Of a stretch of DNA of 64,000 nucleotides, positions 37,939 to 43,746 are shown piece after piece (the stretch's first letter is position 1; each line of letters begins with the position of its first letter). The notes below the pieces were generated by a model, which was given only the letters and a program-made list of their open reading frames with translations, searched no databases and was not told the DNA's origin. Source of the stretch: a virus; the IMG/VR virus record IMGVR_UViG_3300045988_159857, positions 1 through 64,000 of that record, one strand, 5' to 3'. Made by a program: the position numbers and the translations under genes.

Positions 37939-38410
37939 CTACTCCTGTTCACAATCGGGATTATCCCAAATATTACCTATAACCTCAGTACTGCAAGGGT
38001 CACCATAAGCAGTCTCAATTGTTATAACAGCAAGAGGTTGTGTGTTGATAAGGTGATTAACTTCACAAGGTTTTACATTGACAAAACACATCTCCCATTG
38101 TAATGTCTCTTCGTTAAAGAATACTTTTCTTAATTCGCCACTATAAAGTTTTATAATGTCTCCTTCAAATATTTTATTGTCATTTTTATCAGTCAGTCCA
38201 GTAAATTCACTAATAGTTTCAGGGACAATATCATATACCCGAAAATTATAACAAACATACGTATCTGCAATAGGTATACCTTTATCAATTATTCCGTATC
38301 TGTCAGGGTCAGAGAAACTTTCTTTACCAAGTTTGACAAGAGAGCCCTACATCCAATTATTATTGTGTTTTGACTTACCTCTAAATAATATTTTTCTTAT
38401 TTTTGTTCAT
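37939..38410 (-). pseudogene. YopX-family gene disrupted by a frame change near the start and an in-frame TAG
   Basis: My translation: ...KILFRGKSKHNNNWM*GSLVKLGKE...FTGLTDKNDNKIFEGDIIKLY...EVIGNIWDNPD. TAG at 38349-38347 sits where YopX proteins have W-x-Y-G. The ATG at 38410 is in another frame. Confidence 0.55.
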
Positions 38411-38546
38411 CCTTCCAACTACTTTCTGTTTTCAATCTGTTTGTAAAACATATTCCGTTCCACTCAACATACAAACAATTTGCACCACCGCAATTATATT
38501 CTTCACACTCGTCTGTCCGTTTACCCCTAAACAAAATCACTCTCAT
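38397..38546 (-). CDS. Possible 49-aa protein with a YopX-like N-terminus
   Basis: My translation: MRVILFRGKRTDECEEYNCGGANCLYVEWNGICFTNRLKTESSWKDEQK. ATGA overlap with the upstream gene. Confidence 0.3.
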   Translation of the reverse strand: MRVILFRGKRTDECEEYNCGGANCLYVEWNGICFTNRLKTESSWKDEQK

Positions 38547-38893
38547 TCTTCTTCACCAACCATTTCTTTTAATACACAGTTAATATCTGTTGTTACAGAA
38601 AGCCACGCATCAGTTGATAGGTCATCGTTAGAATTACAACATTCTCTTATTCTTTCAGCAAACTTTTTGTAGGTTTCAGCTTTAGTGTGTTCATCTCGGT
38701 CTTGAATAGATATATAAGCATCTCTTGCCACAGATACCTCTTTCTTTAATCTTTCAATTTCCGATTTTTGGTGTTTGATAAGGTCGAGAGTCGCGTTTAA
38801 CACTTGTATATACTTTTCTTGAAAACCTGTATATAGGCTCAATTCAGTTAAGTCTTTTATAATTTCCTCATCATTAAATTTATTATCGGTCAT
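38543..38893 (-). CDS. Coiled-coil hypothetical protein
   Basis: 116-aa ORF, first after promoter 38926-38958. Confidence 0.5.
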   Translation of the reverse strand: MTDNKFNDEEIIKDLTELSLYTGFQEKYIQVLNATLDLIKHQKSEIERLKKEVSVARDAYISIQDRDEHTKAETYKKFAERIRECCNSNDDLSTDAWLSVTTDINCVLKEMVGEEE

Positions 38894-38925
38894 TTTAATA
38901 ATCTCCCCATCTAATTTATACTCAT

Positions 38926-38958
38926 ATTATATAGTAAAAATAGATTACAATCAACTAA
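38926..38958 (-). promoter_or_regulatory. TTAGTTGA-type promoter
   Basis: TTAG + -35 TTGATT (38949-38954), a 17-nt spacer and -10 TATAAT (38926-38931). Confidence 0.6.
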
Positions 38959-39058
38959 AAGGGTTTGTGTTTTAACATAAACTCTTATTTTATTTTAAAA
39001 TGTCTAGGTTATTTTACAATCCTTAAATAAATCATAGAGCAATTATAAAGCGTTCTTT

Positions 39059-39397
39059 TCATATATCTTTAAACTCCTCAATCATCTTTTCAATCATAAA
39101 CTTTGGAATATAAACTACACCGTTTTCTTCATGTGTGTCAAGATAAAATTCAAGGGATTCTTTAATATGTTTCAAGTTTTTATCTTTCTGTTTGATATTT
39201 TGTTTACTTTGTTCCTCTTTAAGTGCTTTCTTTTTTACATAAGAGTAAATATCACATTGACATTTATCACCTTTACAATGACAAATATCTCGCTCCTTAG
39301 TTCCCCAGCATTGTCCTTCTTTTATAACAATAAGATGGGGATTATAAATCCCTCTTTCTACTTCGTGATAACAGTCACATTTTTGCATTACAATCAC
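39059..39397 (-). CDS. Cys-rich small protein
   Basis: CDCYHE...CWGTKERDICHCKGDKCQCD. Start probably MQKCDC. Confidence 0.5.
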   Translation of the reverse strand: MIVMQKCDCYHEVERGIYNPHLIVIKEGQCWGTKERDICHCKGDKCQCDIYSYVKKKALKEEQSKQNIKQKDKNLKHIKESLEFYLDTHEENGVVYIPKFMIEKMIEEFKDI

Positions 39398-39657
39398 CTA
39401 TGTTTCAGTGTGTCAATTTCTTCTTTGAGCAATTGAATTTGTTTTATTTGAGCTTCAACAAGACTTTTTAGTTCTTTAAATTTTAACTTTTTCATACGAT
39501 TATCATACTCAATATCTAGTCCAGCAACTGTCCCGATAAACATTATAATAAAACCAACAACCATCATAAATGTTCCATATTTACTATATTGACAAGTATC
39601 AACACTTTGCAAGACTATTGCAAGTCCACAAGTAAACAAACCGTTAGCGTAAAACAT
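39394..39657 (-). CDS. Small membrane protein
   Basis: 87 aa with two hydrophobic helices followed by a coiled-coil tail. Confidence 0.5.
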   Translation of the reverse strand: MFYANGLFTCGLAIVLQSVDTCQYSKYGTFMMVVGFIIMFIGTVAGLDIEYDNRMKKLKFKELKSLVEAQIKQIQLLKEEIDTLKHR

Positions 39658-39658
39658 A

Positions 39659-40024
39659 CTAATTATCCTCCTTTACAAACTTAACTCCATTGATTTCGAT
39701 AGCATTAAACTTATCAATCTTATCTTTATCAATAGTAATACTTATCTTATCGTCATTTATTTTAATGGATTTTGCATTGATAGTCAACTTATTATATTCT
39801 GGTATTCGAAGAAAATTTGTATTATTATACAAATCCTCATCAACCACCGAGTCTATATTTTCTGTAAAATTTATCCTATCAGTACTAGTTATATAATAAT
39901 AACTGTTGTCTATTATTTTACCAAAGGGGTTGTTCCTCGCGAGCTCGTCTTCGATACCAAGTGCTTTTAACTGCTCCCCAGTAAGCTCAGCTTTCTTACC
40001 ATTGATTACGATATAATCATCCAT
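39659..40024 (-). CDS. Hypothetical protein
   Basis: 121-aa ORF. Confidence 0.5.
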   Translation of the reverse strand: MDDYIVINGKKAELTGEQLKALGIEDELARNNPFGKIIDNSYYYITSTDRINFTENIDSVVDEDLYNNTNFLRIPEYNKLTINAKSIKINDDKISITIDKDKIDKFNAIEINGVKFVKEDN

Positions 40025-40239
40025 TAGTTATTCTCCTTTAAAAACTTATCAAATTCAATCAAAAAGTTACATTTGTGGGGGTTATAATTAGAACAGATAA
40101 ACTCTTTATTCCAATATCGTGGACATTTAGTTTTACTATCTCTATAGGGACAAAGCGTATATCCCCAACTATCCAGATAATTAAAAGGGCAGCTATCCAT
40201 ATAATATGGAAGACTATCAACTATAAATTTCATATTCAA
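40024..40239 (-). CDS. Cys-rich small protein
   Basis: 71 aa with six Cys residues. Confidence 0.45.
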   Translation of the reverse strand: MNMKFIVDSLPYYMDSCPFNYLDSWGYTLCPYRDSKTKCPRYWNKEFICSNYNPHKCNFLIEFDKFLKENN

Positions 40240-40492
40240 CCTCCAATTTTCTCAATAGTTTAGTAACATCTTCACAAACATATCCACAAGCTTCATCTTG
40301 CATTATGATACCACAATTTGATAATCCATCATTTATAGCGGAAAGTATTTCTCTATATGCTTGTTTCTTAATGTTGCTTTTATTAGATGAACTAACCGTA
40401 AATGTATTTATACCAAAAACCTCGTTCTGTTTTATCGATGGAAGAATGCCCTTGTTAATAAGAGAAATTATATTCTCTACTTTTTCTGACAT
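40217..40492 (-). CDS. Hypothetical protein
   Basis: 91-aa ORF downstream of promoter 40583-40615. Confidence 0.5.
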   Translation of the reverse strand: MSEKVENIISLINKGILPSIKQNEVFGINTFTVSSSNKSNIKKQAYREILSAINDGLSNCGIIMQDEACGYVCEDVTKLLRKLEVEYEIYS

Positions 40493-40582
40493 TTCAAAAC
40501 CTCCGTAACTTTTGTTAAATACTATTTTAATTAGTGTTAACTTTAAAATTTAAATTATAATAATTTATTTACTTTATATAAA

Positions 40583-40615
40583 ATTATAATATGTTGTTAA
40601 TCTAATATCAACTAA
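40583..40615 (-). promoter_or_regulatory. TTAGTTGA-type promoter
   Basis: TTAG + -35 TTGATA (40606-40611), a 17-nt spacer and -10 TATAAT (40583-40588). Confidence 0.6.
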
Positions 40616-40655
40616 AAATAAAAGACATACATAACAAAATGTATGTCTTAATTAT

Positions 40656-41087
40656 TTAATTACCGGAACTACCAAAACCTTTAGAACCTCTTTCAGTATT
40701 TTGTAATTCATAAACCACTTTCAAATTATCAATATTAGCAACAGGAATAATTACTAACTGTGTTATCTTATCCCCACATTCAAATTCCTTTATGTTTTTT
40801 GAATTGTTGTAAAGTTTTACAACTATACTTCCTGTATATCCTGAGTCAATTACCCCTTCACTTGTAATACCTTGTTTAACATTCAATCCAGATTTAGACT
40901 TAAGAAATCCTACATACCCCTCCGGTATTTGTACATGTACTCCCGTATCTATTGTTAGTGACTTATTACCGGGAAGAATGTATTTTTGTGCACCGGTTTT
41001 CGGTATTCGTAAATCAAAACCTGCATCTCTTTTGTAAGCTCTTTCAGGTAAATAAGCTCCTTTGTCAAGTTTTACATTTAATTCCAT
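40656..41087 (-). CDS. dut: dUTP diphosphatase (trimeric dUTPase)
   Basis: RDAGFDLR, GFLKSKSGL, GVIDSGYTGSIVV and a C-terminal RGSKGFGSSG motif. Confidence 0.9.
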   Translation of the reverse strand: MELNVKLDKGAYLPERAYKRDAGFDLRIPKTGAQKYILPGNKSLTIDTGVHVQIPEGYVGFLKSKSGLNVKQGITSEGVIDSGYTGSIVVKLYNNSKNIKEFECGDKITQLVIIPVANIDNLKVVYELQNTERGSKGFGSSGN

Positions 41088-41192
41088 TTACATACCTTCT
41101 TTAGATTCATTTTTAAATTCTTCAATTATGTTGGTAAGTTTTTCTATTTCAAGTTTATTATAAAGTTCGTTAACTTGTTTAATATTTTTCAT
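41088..41192 (-). CDS. Possible 34-aa protein
   Basis: My translation: MKNIKQVNELYNKLEIEKLTNIIEEFKNESKEGM. Its stop directly abuts the dut ATG. Confidence 0.3.
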   Translation of the reverse strand: MKNIKQVNELYNKLEIEKLTNIIEEFKNESKEGM

Positions 41193-41204
41193 AATATTAA
41201 CCTA

Positions 41205-41235
41205 TAAAAAATAGTGTAGTAAAAACTTACTACAC
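41205..41235 (-). terminator. Intrinsic terminator
   Basis: 9-bp stem, 41214-41222 with 41227-41235 (GTGTAGTAA/TTACTACAC), followed on the minus strand by TATTTTTTAT. Confidence 0.6.
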
Positions 41236-41237
41236 AT

Positions 41238-41271
41238 ATTATAATATCAAATATTATTAACTTTCAACTAA
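41238..41271 (-). promoter_or_regulatory. TTAGTTGA-type promoter abutting the terminator
   Basis: TTAG + -35 TTGAAA (41262-41267), an 18-nt spacer and -10 TATAAT (41238-41243). The predicted start falls inside the terminator's 5' arm. Confidence 0.5.
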
Positions 41272-41296
41272 CTTTTTATTTTAATGATAACATTTG

Positions 41297-41509
41297 TTAT
41301 ATATTATCATTACATTGTTTACGGTAGGCCATTTCAGCTTCAATAGCGTGAATCTTTACTTTTTCATTCTTGATATAATGACGAAGTGATATTTGAATTA
41401 AGAATGACCTTGTTGTTTGCAATGTCCTTTCCCAATCTTCAATTTGTTCAAGAAGTTCTTTTTTCTCTCTTTCCAAAGCTTGGTTAGAATACTTTTCATA
41501 GTTTTTCAT
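41297..41509 (-). CDS. Hypothetical coiled-coil protein
   Basis: 70-aa ORF directly after tRNA-Ser, SD AAAGGAAGTG. Confidence 0.5.
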   Translation of the reverse strand: MKNYEKYSNQALEREKKELLEQIEDWERTLQTTRSFLIQISLRHYIKNEKVKIHAIEAEMAYRKQCNDNI

Positions 41510-41538
41510 AACTTTTCACTTCCTTTTTGTTTTATTTA

Positions 41539-41633
41539 TGGCGTCAGCGATTGGACTTGAACCAACACACCGTTAAAAACGACTACTCAAGGATTAGCAA
41601 TCCTCTACCTTACCAAATTAGGTTTACGCTGAC
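41539..41633 (-). tRNA. tRNA-Ser (anticodon GCU), CCA encoded
   Basis: Hand-folded. Acceptor GTCAGCG/CGCTGAC, anticodon arm GAGGA-TTGCTAA-TCCTT, long variable arm, T arm with TTCAAGT loop. Confidence 0.8.
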
Positions 41634-42032
41634 AAATGGGAAAGTTTTTAATTATTAGAATAATAATTATTATAATAATAATCAAGGAATTACCAGAACT
41701 TTCAAACCTTCAGGAGTATATACTCTTTATCGTTTGTATTACTCTAAAAAACTAATCGGGTATTCTGTACGAAGTACTTTTTAACTAGTATGAATAAAGT
41801 ATTCGTACAGAATACTTAGAAAAACTAAGATAAAGTTTATTAAACCCTAACTTTTTTGATAAAATAAGTGATATTAAGTCTTAGAACTTGTTATTCCGCA
41901 GAATCAATCATTCAACTTAACTTGTCTTTTGTAGTCACTTAACTACTCAGGTTCTTTGTCAGCTACCTCGACCCCATCACTTAGACATCGTCCTTTCATA
42001 CTTTGCCATTCTTAAGATAGTGAATTAGGACT

Positions 42033-42108
42033 TGGCTCCTCAAGTTGGACTTGAACCAACGACTTCTTGGTTAACAGCCAAGCGTTCTACCAACTGAACT
42101 ATTGAGGA
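42033..42108 (-). tRNA. tRNA-Asn (anticodon GUU), CCA encoded
   Basis: Perfect cloverleaf. TCCTCAA/TTGAGGA, D arm GTTC-AGTTGGTA-GAAC, CTTGG-CTGTTAA-CCAAG, GTTGG-TTCAAGT-CCAAC. Confidence 0.9.
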
Positions 42109-42116
42109 ATATTTAA

Positions 42117-42193
42117 TGGTGACGACAAGGAGATTTGAACTCACTATTATATGCGTGAAAGGCATATGTCCTTACCTATTAGACGATGTCGCC
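42117..42193 (-). tRNA. tRNA-Glu (anticodon UUC), CCA encoded
   Basis: Acceptor GGCGACA/TGTCGTC (one G-U pair), anticodon arm TATGC-CTTTCAC-GCATA, T loop TTCAAAT. The T stem has one mismatch. Confidence 0.7.
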
Positions 42194-42363
42194 ATATGAT
42201 GTAATTAAGTGGCTTTCACGCTGACCCAGAGGGCGGATCGCTTGGTTTCCACATTCCAGATAGCTTGTACTTGACTGAGATAGCTATCAGTAATTCTCGG
42301 CTCTTTTATCTCTGGATTATAGAGCAATAAGCGTAGTAAGGTACCGTACTCCAGAGGCTTGAA
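42194..42363 (-). ncRNA. Structured 170-nt spacer RNA of unknown class
   Basis: No ORF. G+C-enriched by eye. AGATAGCT direct repeat (42258, 42278), palindrome GATAGCTATC (42279-42288), motif GGCTTTCAC (42211) shared with 43321. Confidence 0.3.
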
Positions 42364-42434
42364 GCTGGTGAAAGGACTTGAACCTTCAACTTATTGCGTA
42401 CAAAACAATTACTCTACCATTGAGTCACACCAGC
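42364..42434 (-). tRNA. tRNA-Thr (anticodon UGU), no encoded CCA
   Basis: GCTGGTG/CACCAGC, D arm ACTC-AATGGTA-GAGT, ATTGT-TTTGTAC-GCAAT, GAAGG-TTCAAGT-CCTTT. Confidence 0.8.
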
Positions 42435-42772
42435 ATATACAAGGTCGTTAAGTTTCTCGAATAGCGGACGTCCCTTTAACGACCTCTCCGTTCTCTCTAC
42501 ACATGGTAGAGGAACAATTACTTGTTGTCTGGATTTTGACTATTTTGGTTTGGACAAGTAACTCAAACCTCGGGTTTACCTATAACGTCGTTCCCTTATA
42601 AACCACGGAATGTTTTCGATTACATACAACGCTATCTTTTGCCATCCAAGCAGGGCGAGTACTTCCCTTGCTATCTCTAATCCGCTTCAACTATCCTAAA
42701 ACAGCCCGCCCAATTAGTTTTGGCTCTGCGATAACTTGATAGCTTTTAGTTTGTTCACCAACTGAACTTCGG
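42435..42772 (-). ncRNA. Structured 338-nt spacer RNA of unknown class
   Basis: No ORF. Helices include 42443-42451 with 42476-42484 (9 bp perfect), 42495-42500 with 42506-42511, and a 7-bp TACTTGT/ACAAGTA pair. Has a tRNA-like D-arm fragment at 42753-42772. Confidence 0.35.
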
Positions 42773-42859
42773 TGGTACAGGTAGTGGGACTTGCACCCAC
42801 ACGGAGTTTCCTCCACAGGTTTTTAAGACCTGTATGTCTGCTTATTTCATCATACCTGC
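42773..42859 (-). tRNA. tRNA-Leu (anticodon UAA), copy 1, CCA encoded
   Basis: Type II tRNA. Anticodon arm CAGGT-CTTAAAA-ACCTG, variable arm, T arm GTGGG-TGCAAGT-CCCAC, G1-U72 pair. Confidence 0.8.
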
Positions 42860-43094
42860 TTATAAATTTTATGTTCGATTACCTTCTAACGAACATTAGT
42901 ATTAAATATTAGTGGTATTTAATACTTTTCTCACTCACGGCTAACCCACTAAGTTATTTGTAGGAGGAAGATTTCGCATAATTAAACTTGTTACAGATCG
43001 ACATCTGAATTTAGGGCTCGAACCTAATAACAGAGGCTTAACCATTTTAGGAGCTACCTTGGACAAATTTTACGCTATATATCCATCAAGCGGC
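42860..43094 (-). ncRNA. Structured 235-nt spacer with an orphan T-arm
   Basis: T-arm-like TTAGG-TTCGAGC-CCTAA (43011-43027) with no matching acceptor stem. Hairpins at 42871-42896, 42898-42926 (11 bp) and 42994-43007. Confidence 0.3.
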
Positions 43095-43181
43095 TGGTAC
43101 CGATGACCGGACTTGAACCGGTACGAGGTTTCCCTCACAGGTTTTTAAGACCTGAGTGTCTGCCTATTCCACCACAACGGC
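43095..43181 (-). tRNA. tRNA-Leu (anticodon UAA), copy 2, CCA encoded
   Basis: Same anticodon arm as copy 1. T arm ACCGG-TTCAAGT-CCGGT. The acceptor has G1-U72 and a U5-U68 mismatch. Confidence 0.7.
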
Positions 43182-43226
43182 ATATAATCTACACTCTTTA
43201 TTTAATGTGTCGAGTGCACAAACACA

Positions 43227-43303
43227 TGGTCGAGATGACAGGACTTGAACCTGTGACTTCTGCACCCCAGATGCAGCGCCCTACCCAACTGGGCTACATC
43301 TCG
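43227..43303 (-). tRNA. tRNA-Pro (anticodon UGG), CCA encoded, apparent C at position 33
   Basis: CGAGATG/CATCTCG, D arm GCCC-AGTTGGGTA-GGGC, anticodon arm CTGCA-TCTGGGG-TGCAG, ACAGG-TTCAAGT-CCTGT. Confidence 0.75.
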
Positions 43304-43339
43304 ATAATGTTGAGCCAAAGGGCTTTCACCTTTGGGAAC

Positions 43340-43397
43340 AATGGTTGGATTTGCACTGCAGTTGCTTACCAACAGTCTTTCCAGGCGACTAACCATT
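43340..43397 (-). ncRNA. 58-nt tRNA-like minihelix
   Basis: 7-bp closing stem AATGGTT/AACCATT, D-arm-like AGTC-GCCTGGAAA-GACT, a short GTTG-GTAAG-CAAC hairpin and a T-loop-like TGCAAAT with no T stem. Confidence 0.3.
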
Positions 43398-43454
43398 AAC
43401 TTCAGTTACATTGTTTTTTCATATTAACATATTTTAAGAAATTTTCTTTTCGGT

Positions 43455-43528
43455 CGAAGCTTTGAAAACTCGAATTTCAACCTTTCCCCTGACATAACGG
43501 GGACGTGCTATCCACTACACTAAACTTC
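43455..43528 (-). ncRNA. Non-canonical tRNA-like gene (9-nt anticodon loop)
   Basis: Acceptor GAAGTTT/AAGCTTC. Only 1 nt before D stem GTGT/GCAC. Anticodon stem TCCCC/GGGGA encloses GTTATGTCA. Normal T arm TGAAA-TTCGAGT-TTTCA. No CCA. Confidence 0.4.
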
Positions 43529-43574
43529 TAATTTCTGCTATTATCAATTAAATTATTGTACAGATATAACTATA

Positions 43575-43693
43575 GTATAAGCTGTTCATCTAACTCCATT
43601 TAACTACTGCTGCTGCGTCCTAATACTAGTACCCGTAAATGGGTGATACAACAATTCACTCTATCTAGATATTAGGCTTCGTAGCACTTATAC
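43575..43693 (-). ncRNA. Nested-helix leader element at the 5' end of the tRNA array
   Basis: P1 43575-43583 with 43683-43693. P2 43619-43629 with 43665-43676 (11 bp with one bulge). P3 43631-43634 with 43641-43644. No ORF. Confidence 0.3.
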
Positions 43694-43746
43694 CATATTT
43701 TAATTTTTGACCTTGATAGTTATAAGTATAATTTATTTTTAATAAT

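Noticed and set aside
38347-38349. TAG reassignment or suppressor-tRNA decoding, suggested by the in-frame TAG in the YopX-like gene.
   Set aside because: No tRNA with a CUA anticodon could be folded in the array. TAG serves as an ordinary stop for several well-supported genes, for example at 48524 and 54448. The same gene also carries a frame change, so simple decay is more likely.
41650-41690. The low-complexity ATT/ATA run (attattagaataataattattataataataat) as a microsatellite or regulatory repeat.
   Set aside because: It has no regular unit length. It is consistent with AT-rich filler in a very AT-rich genome.
42435-42772. A tRNA interrupted by a group I intron, suggested by the D-arm-like 5' end of the spacer.
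   Set aside because: I could find no complementary 3' acceptor strand, anticodon stem or T arm downstream, and I could not recognise a P7/P3 core by eye. It is kept as an unexplained structured RNA, and an Infernal scan is still worthwhile.
43103-43399. Track ORFs 43103..43399 (+) and 43202..43396 (-).
   Set aside because: They are read-throughs of tRNA-Leu and tRNA-Pro genes. The peptide strings MTGLEPV... are the usual artefact of translating T-arms. There is no SD and no coding character.
41510-43746. The tRNA cluster as a prophage attachment or integration hotspot.
   Set aside because: The window contains no integrase, excisionase, repressor or direct-repeat att sites. Genes flanking the array on both sides are phage-like and on the same strand.
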